A stretch of 64,000 nucleotides of DNA from an uncultured Alphaproteobacteria bacterium (GTDB lineage Bacteria > Pseudomonadota > Alphaproteobacteria > JAGOMX01): NCBI GenBank assembly GCA_963780985.1, contig CAWAEF010000015.1, forward strand, positions 6,839 through 70,838, read 5' to 3'. The notes under the pieces were generated by a model. That model saw nothing but the letters and a program-made list of their open reading frames with translations, had not been told where the DNA came from and made no database searches. How positions within the stretch are numbered: the stretch's first letter is position 1; each line of letters starts with the position of its first letter. Of this stretch, positions 8,028 through 16,629 are shown one piece after another. A program made the position numbers and the translations under genes.

Positions 8028-9016
8028 TGACTGAAGCGTCCGTTCTATTTGAAAAGCAAGATGGTGGCGGTTGGATAACACTGAACCGTCCCCATGCTTT
8101 AAATGCCCTTAACTTAGAGATGGTTCAGGCTATCACTGAGAAATTGATTCAGTGGGAAGCGGATGATGATGTGAACTATGTGGTGATCCAGGGGAGCGGG
8201 CGTGGTTTTTGTGCGGGTGGTGATCTGCGGGCGGTTTACGAGGCCATTCAGAATGGTAATAGTGATGCTGCTGTTGAATTCTTCAAGGTTGAATATCACC
8301 TAAACTTGATGATTCACAACTATTCAAAGCCTTATATATCCTTGCTGCCTGGTATTACTATGGGTGGGGGTATGGGGCTTTCTATTCATGGTACCTATCG
8401 GGTGGTCTCGGAAAATTCGGTTATGGCTATGCCGGAAACTGCTATTGGGTTATTTCCCGATGTGGGGGCAGCCTGGTTTCTGAATCGTTGCCCAGGTAAG
8501 TCTGGCTTGTATGTGGCGCTGACTTCGGCACGGATTAATTACCTGTCGGCGCTCTATATGGGGCTTGCGACTCATTATGTGCCTTTGGCGGGTTTGGACG
8601 GATTAATAGAGGCGATTCGGGAGAGTCGTGGACAGAACTTGGCGCAAGTGCTGGAGACTCATCAGCAGAGGCCTGAGGGAAGATCTGTGATTCAGGAAGA
8701 GCAAAGTCTTATTGATGGCTATTTTAACCAGAATTCGATTGAAGAGGTATTTCAGGCACTGGCATCCAGCAATTCGATTTTTGCGGCCACTAATCTGGAG
8801 GCTTTAAAGTTGAGATCGCCTTTGAGTTTGAGGGCTGCGTTTGGTTATTTAAAGCGGGCCGAGAATATGAGTATTGAGGACGTCCTGGAGCAGGATTTGG
8901 AATTTGCACGTGCATGCATACAAGCGGATGATCTCTACGAAGGCATCCGGGCGACGCTCATTGATAAGGATCTGAAGCCAGTGTGGAAGAGCGAGGCGAT
9001 CGTTATTTCTTTGTAG
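8024..9016 (+). CDS. Enoyl-CoA hydratase/isomerase family, 3-hydroxyisobutyryl-CoA hydrolase-like
   Basis: FCAGGDLRAV and GITMGGGMGLS..MPETAIGLFPDVG motifs. Confidence 0.8.
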   Translation: MMTEASVLFEKQDGGGWITLNRPHALNALNLEMVQAITEKLIQWEADDDVNYVVIQGSGRGFCAGGDLRAVYEAIQNGNSDAAVEFFKVEYHLNLMIHNYSKPYISLLPGITMGGGMGLSIHGTYRVVSENSVMAMPETAIGLFPDVGAAWFLNRCPGKSGLYVALTSARINYLSALYMGLATHYVPLAGLDGLIEAIRESRGQNLAQVLETHQQRPEGRSVIQEEQSLIDGYFNQNSIEEVFQALASSNSIFAATNLEALKLRSPLSLRAAFGYLKRAENMSIEDVLEQDLEFARACIQADDLYEGIRATLIDKDLKPVWKSEAIVISL

Positions 9017-9050
9017 CTATTCATCGAATGGTGAAGGGATGTTACAATCT

Positions 9051-9184
9051 CCCAGCTTGCCTCCCCCGGACACGCGGTGGTCCAGCGCAAGATGTGTCGC
9101 GTAGCGACTCTGTCGTTCTATTGGGAGCTGCTACGCAGCACATTTTAAGAGCTGGCCCACCGCGTGTCCGGGGGAAGCAGCTGG
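9051..9184. repeat. Palindromic element family A, copy A2
   Basis: CCCAGCTTGCCTCCCCCGGACACGCGGTGGTCCAGCGCAAGATGTGTCGCGTAGCG ... GCTGCTACGCAGCACATTTTAAGAGCTGGCCCACCGCGTGTCCGGGGGAAGCAGCTGG. Confidence 0.85.
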
Positions 9185-9291
9185 TGATGCCATACTAACC
9201 CCTCTATCATCTTGGCTCTATGTTACATTTCTCTTTACTAATTTCGCTATGCTAGGTATTTTGAAACAACTATTTTGCAAAGGATTTGGAA

Positions 9292-9960
9292 ATGGATAAA
9301 CGTTCTGATGATCTGATCCACGAAGTTGAAGAGCAACTGAAGTGGGAGCGTATTGAAGCGATCTCAAAAGAATATGGTACTTACATTGTCGGTTTTATTG
9401 TGGCGATCATTCTCCTGGTTGGGGGATATGAATATTGGGGTCATTCCACGGTCAAGCACCAGGAAGCCTTGTCTGAAGTTTATACAGATGCCCTACAGCT
9501 CATGGGTAAAGGGCAGACAACAGAGGCCCTTGAAAAGCTCAAAACGATCAAGGATGACAGCACTGGATATAGCATGCTGGCTCGATTTGTGTCTGCATCG
9601 GTCTTGCTGGATAATCCTGAAACAAGGCCTCAGGCCATAGAACTTTATCGAGACATGGTGAAAACCGGCTCCCTTGATCGCCGTTATCGCACCCTTGCGA
9701 TTATCTATTTGGTGCAAGCTGAGCTAGATACGGCTGATCCTGCGGAATTGGGTAAGCTTCTTGAGGAAGCATCCATCGGCACCAACATGTGGCCTGATAC
9801 GACGGCTGAACTGTCTGCCCTGGTTGCCTTGCGGAAGGGCGATATCGAAGGGGCCAAGAAGACGCTGGGCGAGCTGAAAGAGGATAAACAAGCCTCCCAA
9901 GGGATTCGCTTGCGCGCAAGAGCGCTGCTTGAACAGTTGCAACAACAACCGGCAAAGTGA
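9292..9960 (+). CDS. YfgM-like membrane-anchored TPR-like protein
   Basis: One N-terminal TM segment followed by a helical-repeat body. It sits in the conserved position upstream of bamB-der. Confidence 0.6.
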   Translation: MDKRSDDLIHEVEEQLKWERIEAISKEYGTYIVGFIVAIILLVGGYEYWGHSTVKHQEALSEVYTDALQLMGKGQTTEALEKLKTIKDDSTGYSMLARFVSASVLLDNPETRPQAIELYRDMVKTGSLDRRYRTLAIIYLVQAELDTADPAELGKLLEEASIGTNMWPDTTAELSALVALRKGDIEGAKKTLGELKEDKQASQGIRLRARALLEQLQQQPAK

Positions 9961-9971
9961 AGGTCTAAAAT

Positions 9972-11300
9972 ATGAAGCGTGGTATCCTGTTACTCCTACT
10001 GCCTGCTCTGATAGGCGGCTGTTCAAAACTTGAACAGATGGGTCTTATTAAGGGTGAGAACAAAGTCATGCCTGCGGGCGAGCGAGAGTCCGTCTTGCTG
10101 ACGGAAGAGACAACTGCGCCAGCGGCTGCTAAGGACGTAGGGCCTGTGGCATTGCCAAAAGCCGAGGTTGTGAAGCAATGGCACCAGGCAGGGCAGAATG
10201 CAGCCCATGCGGTTCCTCACGTGCAACTTGCAAAGGACATCAGTCCTGTTTGGGAAGCCCAGCTGAGTGCGTCGTCGAACCGTAATCAACGTCTGCTTTG
10301 TGAGCCGATCGTTGCGGATGGGTTGGTTATGCTTTACACGCCTGATAGCTATGTGACGGCTTATGACGCCTCTACCGGTCGTCATAAATGGTCATTCCAG
10401 ATCCAACCTGAAGAGTCTGCGGAAGCAAACTTGGGCGGCGGGCTCGCTTATAATGATGGAAAACTGTTTGTAACAACGCCATTTGCTGAGCTATTTGCTA
10501 TCGAAATGAAGTCAGGCAAGCCACTTTGGTCGGCCAAGACGAACAGCCCTTTACGTAGTGCGCCGACGGTCAGTGACGGTCGTGTATATGTGGTGTCCCT
10601 AGAGAATGAGCTAACGGTTTATGATGAAAATACCGGTAAATTGTTGTGGAAACACGAAGGCGTTTCAGAGAGTTCTGGGTTGCTGGGCGGTTGTACGCCG
10701 TCGGTACATAATGGCGTAGTCATTGTGCCTTATTCCTCGGGAGAGGTATATGCCATTCAGGCGGATAACGGTTATCCCCTTTGGACCGAGACTGTATCAT
10801 CAGCTTACAGAACTGATTCTATTGCTGGTATGCCCCATATCCGGGCTAAGCCTGTTATCAAGGACGGTGTGGCCTTTGTGGTCAGTCAAGCAGGTCGTTG
10901 CGCAGCTTTTGATGTGCGTGCGGGTGAGATGATCTGGAACCGCGACTTTGGCGGAGCGGAAACGCCTGTCGTTGCGGGGGATTCTCTGTTTATGGTGACC
11001 AATGATAACTTTGTGATCTGTTTGGATAAATCAACGGGCAAGATTCGTTGGACCAAAGCTTTACACAAATGGACCGATGAGTCCCAAAATAAGGGACGGA
11101 TTGTTTGGAATGGGCCAGTGCTTGCGGGATCGAGGTTATTCTTAACGGGCTCTCATGGCACACTGTTGGCGCTCGATGCTAAAGATGGATCTAAGGCTTA
11201 TGAACATACGGTATCCGGCAGCGTGGTGATTCCTCCGATTGCGGTGGATGGTACGGTGTACGTGGTAACTGAATCTGGATCCCTGGTAGCGTTTCGTTAG
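9972..11300 (+). CDS. bamB: Outer-membrane assembly lipoprotein BamB (PQQ-like beta-propeller)
   Basis: Lipobox LIGGCS and repeated beta-propeller blades (G.l.a.D..tGk..W). Lies upstream of der. Confidence 0.85.
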   Translation: MKRGILLLLLPALIGGCSKLEQMGLIKGENKVMPAGERESVLLTEETTAPAAAKDVGPVALPKAEVVKQWHQAGQNAAHAVPHVQLAKDISPVWEAQLSASSNRNQRLLCEPIVADGLVMLYTPDSYVTAYDASTGRHKWSFQIQPEESAEANLGGGLAYNDGKLFVTTPFAELFAIEMKSGKPLWSAKTNSPLRSAPTVSDGRVYVVSLENELTVYDENTGKLLWKHEGVSESSGLLGGCTPSVHNGVVIVPYSSGEVYAIQADNGYPLWTETVSSAYRTDSIAGMPHIRAKPVIKDGVAFVVSQAGRCAAFDVRAGEMIWNRDFGGAETPVVAGDSLFMVTNDNFVICLDKSTGKIRWTKALHKWTDESQNKGRIVWNGPVLAGSRLFLTGSHGTLLALDAKDGSKAYEHTVSGSVVIPPIAVDGTVYVVTESGSLVAFR

Positions 11301-11318
11301 AAAGTAGTATTTGGACTT

Positions 11319-12665
11319 ATGAGTAAAAAAGTAGCTATCGTTGGTCGCCCGAATGTGGGTAAATCCACTTTATTTAACCGTCTGGTGGGCAAGAAGCTTG
11401 CGTTGGTGCATGACTTGCCGGGTGTTACCCGGGATCGTCGTGAGCACCCCGCTAAGCTGGGTGACTTGCGTTTTGATATCATCGATACAGCCGGTTTAGA
11501 TGAAGGCGAGGAGGATGAGCTGTCGCTTGCCATCTGGAGCCAAACCCAGCGCGTATTTGATAATTGCGATGTGATCCTTTTTGTTCTTGATGCTATTGCG
11601 GGTCTTACCCGTCTTGATGAGCACTATGCGCAGATGGTCCGCCGTATTGGCAGGCCCGTTATTTGTGTGCTGAATAAAGCTGAACGGGGTCAGATCCATA
11701 ACGTCATCGGCGAAGCATCGGCCCTGGGCTTTGGTGAGGTTGTTGCAATCTCTGCGGAGCATGGCGAAGGTTTGGCGGATCTGTATCAGGCTTTGCAGCC
11801 TTATTTATCTGAATCTGAAGAGTCGGGTGTTGATGAACCCCTGGATGCGGAGGCTCCTCTCCAGTTGGCTATCGTTGGGCGGCCTAATGTGGGCAAATCG
11901 ACCCTTATCAATAAACTCATTAACGAAGATCGTTTGCTGACAGCGGATATGCCCGGGGTGACCCGAGATTCCATATCTGTGGATTGGTCGTATAATGGCC
12001 GGAAGATGAAGTTGATCGATACGGCCGGTATCCGCCGGCGTAGCAAGGTTGACTCTCAGCTGGAAAAGCTCTCGGTTGCGGATGCTCTGCGCGCTGTTGA
12101 TTTTGCGCATGTGGTGGTTTTGGTATTGGACCACGAGACGCCGTTGGCAAAGCAAGATGCTATCATCGCCAACAAAGTTATCGAAGAGGGCCGGGTTCTT
12201 ATCATTGCCATCAATAAGTGGGATTTAATTCCGAACAAGGAAGAGTATCTTAAGGACGTGTATCACACTTTGGGGCATGTGTTGCCACAGGTGAAGGGTA
12301 TTCCTTGTATCCCCATTTCTGCGAAGCTGGGTAAGAACCTCACCAAACTTTTGGATGAAGTGTTCACTATGTACGATCTGTGGAATCAGAGGATTCCTAC
12401 GGCCAAGCTGAATCAATGGCTGGCGCAGACTATATCCTACCACCCGCCGCCGGTATCGGGGCGCAATCGTATCAAGTTTAAGTACATGACCCAGATTAAA
12501 ACCAGGCCGCCGACTTTTGTGCTGTTTGTCAGCAAGCCTACGGAGGTGCCGGATAGTTATATGCGTTATCTGCAGAATACTTTGCGCCAGGATTTTAATC
12601 TTCCTGGGGTACCTTTGCGGATACTGGTTAAGGCGCAGGATAATCCTTATGCGGATAATGATTAG
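11319..12665 (+). CDS. der: Ribosome-associated GTPase Der/EngA
   Basis: Two G domains (GRPNVGKST twice; DTAG twice; NKxD) plus a KH-like C-terminus. Confidence 0.95.
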   Translation: MSKKVAIVGRPNVGKSTLFNRLVGKKLALVHDLPGVTRDRREHPAKLGDLRFDIIDTAGLDEGEEDELSLAIWSQTQRVFDNCDVILFVLDAIAGLTRLDEHYAQMVRRIGRPVICVLNKAERGQIHNVIGEASALGFGEVVAISAEHGEGLADLYQALQPYLSESEESGVDEPLDAEAPLQLAIVGRPNVGKSTLINKLINEDRLLTADMPGVTRDSISVDWSYNGRKMKLIDTAGIRRRSKVDSQLEKLSVADALRAVDFAHVVVLVLDHETPLAKQDAIIANKVIEEGRVLIIAINKWDLIPNKEEYLKDVYHTLGHVLPQVKGIPCIPISAKLGKNLTKLLDEVFTMYDLWNQRIPTAKLNQWLAQTISYHPPPVSGRNRIKFKYMTQIKTRPPTFVLFVSKPTEVPDSYMRYLQNTLRQDFNLPGVPLRILVKAQDNPYADND

Positions 12666-12707
12666 TTTGGTTTCTCCCTCAGGGGGTAAAGTTACCGATT
12701 CCTGCTA

Positions 12708-13874
12708 CTACTGATCAACATCCATCGATTCAACAATCAACCTAAGTTCCTCTCGCTTTTCCAGTCCCAGTGGCGTTATCGCGTATGTGTTCGCCCGGCC
12801 GCGTCTTTCCATGGTTACCCAACCAAACTCTTCTAGTTTGGGAAAGTAAGCTTGGTTATAGGTTAGATCTCGAATATCATGTTCGGCTTTTTTTGCTCCC
12901 AGACGTACTAGATATTCAGGGCAGGTATGGTATTCTTCCGGCTCGTGCATTAAATCTAGCAGGTCTAGAAAGATGTGTTTTTTCCTCAGAGTACGGATAT
13001 TGACCTCTATGAGTTTGATCTGGCGTTGTTTTTTAGTGGCGTCAGGCCCATCTACGTTGCTTTGTTGGCTATTCAATTTTGGCAGAGCTTCCCGGCCTTT
13101 GGTGGTTATCGTGTAGGTCTGCGCTTCACTGTCACGTTCAATCCAACCCCGGGTTAATAGAACCTGTAAGTTCTGGCTTAAGTTTTTACTCTTGGGTCCT
13201 TTGCCCCATGTTATCCGTTTTATTTGCTCTCGCGTAAGAGGCCGGTTGCTGGCATTAATTGCTTCTAGAAGAAACGCGTATTTGTCTGTCTTCTTAAGTC
13301 CTTTTAACGGGTCAACAGTTTCATCTGAATCCTTCTCGCGGGGGCGTTTTTTTGATGGTGCGTCAAGCGCCTGCTTGTGGGGATAGAGTTGGGCTAATGC
13401 GAAAACTCCCTTGGCTCCTAAGGCGATCTTACCATCGTTGCGATTTATCCAGCCTAGCTGGGTATATTTTGTAAGAAAACGGGTAATCGACGCGCGGTTT
13501 GCTGGGGGGTTGTCTTCGGGCATGGCTAGAAGGAGGTCGTTGATTGAGCAGGAAGACTTCTTCTGGATCGTATCCAAAAAGGTAAGTAAGTGAGCAGGGA
13601 GTCTGCGGTCCACTTCACGTTGAGGATCATCCCAGTGCTGCGAACCAAAGAGTATCTTGAGAACGGATATTTCATTGTCCGTCCACGTCCGCGGTTCGGG
13701 TTGTGCTATTTGTGGATCGAGTGGGGCTTCATCCTCAAGGGAAGCAAAGTCAAGTGGGCCAAGCACTAATTCATCGAATCCATCGAGTGCATCGAATTCA
13801 AATTGTGAACATGCGCCGCTCCCGATGATGCAACAGTATGCTAATATGTGCACTAGATAGGGTTTACTCATCAT
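12708..13874 (-). CDS. Hypothetical exported protein with three tandem winged-helix-like repeats
   Basis: AAGGAG lies 5 nt upstream of ATG 13874. Hydrophobic N-terminus MMSKPYLVHILAYCCIIGSGAC. Repeats end ..LGWINRNDGKIALGAKG, ..RGWIERDSEAQTYTITTKG, ..FGWVTMERRGRANTYAITPLG. Confidence 0.65.
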   Translation of the reverse strand: MMSKPYLVHILAYCCIIGSGACSQFEFDALDGFDELVLGPLDFASLEDEAPLDPQIAQPEPRTWTDNEISVLKILFGSQHWDDPQREVDRRLPAHLLTFLDTIQKKSSCSINDLLLAMPEDNPPANRASITRFLTKYTQLGWINRNDGKIALGAKGVFALAQLYPHKQALDAPSKKRPREKDSDETVDPLKGLKKTDKYAFLLEAINASNRPLTREQIKRITWGKGPKSKNLSQNLQVLLTRGWIERDSEAQTYTITTKGREALPKLNSQQSNVDGPDATKKQRQIKLIEVNIRTLRKKHIFLDLLDLMHEPEEYHTCPEYLVRLGAKKAEHDIRDLTYNQAYFPKLEEFGWVTMERRGRANTYAITPLGLEKREELRLIVESMDVDQ

Positions 13875-14026
13875 CACTCTCCTTCGATTTCTTGCTGCTT
13901 GCCTGGTTGGGACATATGGACACAATAGTTAGTATAGAAATAAGTGTGCATTTTTTCAATATTTTATAGATCACCTTGTAGGATCTATGCATACAAACGA
14001 AGTATATGAAGGAAAGCACGTACTTC

Positions 14027-14066
14027 CAGCTAGTCTCTCCTGGATGCGCAGGGGAGGCAAGATGGG
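14027..14066. repeat. Family A minimal copy A3 (core hairpin; degenerate outer arms about 13981-14103)
   Basis: CCAGCTAGTCTCTCCTGGATGCGCAGGGGAGGCAAGATGG. The right flank GTGCGTTTTTAATTTTCATGCGTAGGCCCTG matches the outer arms of A1. Confidence 0.6.
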
Positions 14067-14172
14067 GTTTCGTGCGTTTTTAATTTTCATGCGTAGGCCC
14101 TGAAACTCTTGACCGTTAACCTTTTTTTCTTTAGAAATATAGCTAAATGTCAAAGGGGGATGCTAAAAACAA

Positions 14173-15096
14173 ATGATCGTCGTATTCGGTTCTCTTAATA
14201 TAGATATGGTTTTATCGGTTCCCGTGATTCCTCGGCCTGGGGAGACAGTTTTGTGCCCTGAGTATAAGTTGTTTCCTGGTGGAAAGGGTGCCAACCAAGC
14301 GGTTGCGGCTGTGCGTGCGGGGGGTGATGTTCATATGTATGGTCGAATCGGCGATGACGATTTCGGGAGAAGGGCTCTGGCTTCATTGCATGAGGCTGGT
14401 GTTGACTGTACGGGTGTTGTTAAGACTGAAGCATCTACCGGCTGCGCTATGATTTGTGTGGATACGTCGGGCGAGAACATGATTACGGTCGCCAGTGGCG
14501 CCAATCGTTTGGCTAAGGCAGCGGATGTGCCCGATAGTGCTTTGACGCCCAAGACAACTTTGGTGCTTCAGATGGAAGTGCCCGCAGAGGAAAACTGGGA
14601 GCTCGTTAAGCGTGCCAAAGCGAGGGGTGCGCGCGTTGTATTGAACCTTGCGCCTGCGCGTTCTGTTCCTGAGGATATTTTAAAATCGCTTGATGCCTTG
14701 GTCATGAACGAGGTGGAAGCTTCGTTGCAGGCCATGTATTTAGGTTTTGACGGGGCCTATCCAAGGGCGATCGCTCGAAAGCTTACGGATATGTTCGGTC
14801 TTACGGTTATTGTTACGCTGGGTGCTGAGGGGGCTTATGCAAGTTCTCCGAAAGGGAATTGTAATGTGGAAGCCATGAAGGTCAATGCGGTGGATACGAC
14901 GGCGGCCGGTGATGCTTTTGTGGGTGTTTTGGCTTTATCCCTGGACGGTGGGTTGGGGCTGCCGGAGTCCCTTCATCGGGCCAGTGTAGCGAGTGGCTTG
15001 GCATGTTTAAAAGAAGGTGCTCAACCGAGCCTGCCAAAAATCAAAGATATCGAAACCGCCTTGCAAGAGATCCCAGCGCCAAAGCTAGTTGCGTAG
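14173..15096 (+). CDS. rbsK: Ribokinase (PfkB family)
   Basis: GGKGANQAVAA and DTTAAGDAFVG signatures. Confidence 0.85.
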   Translation: MIVVFGSLNIDMVLSVPVIPRPGETVLCPEYKLFPGGKGANQAVAAVRAGGDVHMYGRIGDDDFGRRALASLHEAGVDCTGVVKTEASTGCAMICVDTSGENMITVASGANRLAKAADVPDSALTPKTTLVLQMEVPAEENWELVKRAKARGARVVLNLAPARSVPEDILKSLDALVMNEVEASLQAMYLGFDGAYPRAIARKLTDMFGLTVIVTLGAEGAYASSPKGNCNVEAMKVNAVDTTAAGDAFVGVLALSLDGGLGLPESLHRASVASGLACLKEGAQPSLPKIKDIETALQEIPAPKLVA

Positions 15097-15100
15097 CACG

Positions 15101-15127
15101 AAAAAACACCGGTCCGAAGGCCGGTGT
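15101..15127 (-). terminator. Rho-independent terminator (minus strand), possibly bidirectional
   Basis: ACACCGG..CCGGTGT stem. The A-run at 15101-15106 gives a U-tract on the minus strand. It lies downstream of the 15328..16257 gene and repeat D. Confidence 0.65.
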
Positions 15128-15145
15128 CTGATAGCTACTTAATGC

Positions 15146-15319
15146 GACCATTTCAAAACACTCCATTGGGCGGTGTAGAATCACCTCTCCCCTTGTGGGA
15201 GAGGTCGGCCGTAGGCCGGGTGAGGGGTATAAATATTGCTTATTGGTATCCCTCACCCCTACGCTTCGCTCCGGACCTCTCCCACAAGGGGAGAGGTGAA
15301 ATGGGGTTTTGAAATGGTC
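15146..15319. repeat. Palindromic element D (174 bp) with perfect 14-bp termini
   Basis: GACCATTTCAAAAC ... GTTTTGAAATGGTC. Inner arms TCACCTCTCCCCTTGTGGGAGAGGTC / GACCTCTCCCACAAGGGGAGAGGTGA and GGGTGAGGGGTAT / ATCCCTCACCC. Confidence 0.85.
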
Positions 15320-15327
15320 TCTTTATA

Positions 15328-16257
15328 TTATTTCTTCGCTTTCTTCCGCTCGACGACCCCAAAGTTTACTTGGTCGGTCATTACCAGGTATAGGTAGCCC
15401 ATGGAGGCCAAGCTTGGTATTGATGCGAAGAGTATAAGAAGCAATAGAAGCACGCCTCCTATCACTATGCCGACGACCGGGGGGAGGAACACGAATAGCG
15501 GCGTCAGCAATAGTCCCACAACAAAGCTAACAATCCATGCGGCTATGCCAACGACTACGGTCACGAAAAGTAGGGATAGCACCATCAGCCACCAGCTACC
15601 TTTGGTTAGGGCTCGTGACTCTCTAAGGCTAGTGCCTTTGTTTAAGGATGCCGTGACCGGGGCCATCAGCCAGCGTGGAACCAGAACAATAGTGGTGATA
15701 ATTGTGGCCAGGTACACTAGCAGCAATAATAGGCCCACAGCTCCTGGCACATGTTCGTTAATCTGTCCCCCATGTAATGCCATGCCAGATTGCAGAATGG
15801 CCGCGCCGGCGGTCAGGAAGACTAAGACTAGGAAGGGCAGGAATATCACAATCACCATCAAAAAGATTTTTATGTTTGCCCAAAGGTAGCCCATAGATCT
15901 CGATCCGAAGATAGCCGTTATGACAGCCGTGTCCGCATGTTCATCCAGGATCGCGGATCGTATCATACCTACCCTGAAGGGGAGTATCGCAAGAAAAATG
16001 AAGATACCAATCAGGATGAGCGCTAAGATCAACCCTCCAGTTATGCCTGTTCCATGAACGCCAGGAACTCCAGTCCCCTCTCCCCACGATGGTATAGAAA
16101 ATATTGCTACCGCATGATTCAGCAGTAGCAGCATTACAATAATTGCCAAGGCGACGAAGATAAATGTACTGAAGAATAGGCCCCTGATTTTGGAAAAATG
16201 ACTGAAAGGAAATGTCAGTGCATTTCCTATTACAAACCCAAATTTTTGACCCCACAT
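15328..16257 (-). CDS. Multi-pass inner-membrane protein, unknown function
   Basis: AGGAGG lies just upstream of ATG 16257. About 7 hydrophobic segments. No family recognised. Confidence 0.6.
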   Translation of the reverse strand: MWGQKFGFVIGNALTFPFSHFSKIRGLFFSTFIFVALAIIVMLLLLNHAVAIFSIPSWGEGTGVPGVHGTGITGGLILALILIGIFIFLAILPFRVGMIRSAILDEHADTAVITAIFGSRSMGYLWANIKIFLMVIVIFLPFLVLVFLTAGAAILQSGMALHGGQINEHVPGAVGLLLLLVYLATIITTIVLVPRWLMAPVTASLNKGTSLRESRALTKGSWWLMVLSLLFVTVVVGIAAWIVSFVVGLLLTPLFVFLPPVVGIVIGGVLLLLLILFASIPSLASMGYLYLVMTDQVNFGVVERKKAKK

Positions 16258-16405
16258 AGTAGACCTCCTATTTATACTTCTACTGTACTCATTATAACTA
16301 AAACATATTAATTCTTGATTTAATATGATTAAAAATGGAGCTAAAATCAAAGGTGTCTGTCTGATGCGCTTCTAATAACCAAGAAGTTCAAAGAGTGATG
16401 GTAGC

Positions 16406-16445
16406 CACCAGCTTGCCTCCCCTGCGAAAGCAGGGGGTCTTCGCT
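16406..16445. repeat. Family A half-copy A4
   Basis: CCACCAGCTTGCCTCCCCTGCGAAAGCAGGGGG matches the left arm of A1. No right arm is present. Confidence 0.5.
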
Positions 16446-16629
16446 ATCCCAACAACCTACCGGTCATTGCGCTAAATCGACCCCATAGAGGGGGTGTAGG
16501 TTACTCTGGATGACAGTGCTGTAGGCTTGTGGGCCCAAAATTAGAATTGCTGTCTTTTTCATCTTTGAATTGTCATCTGGGCTCAGCTATGGTAACCATT
16601 GAGTATGACTTTTTTGAAGGTATGATCCA

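Noticed and set aside
15041-15312. ORFs 15041..15256 (-) and 15124..15312 (+).
   Set aside because: Both are read through palindromic element D and the terminator. They mirror each other on opposite strands, as expected for a palindrome.
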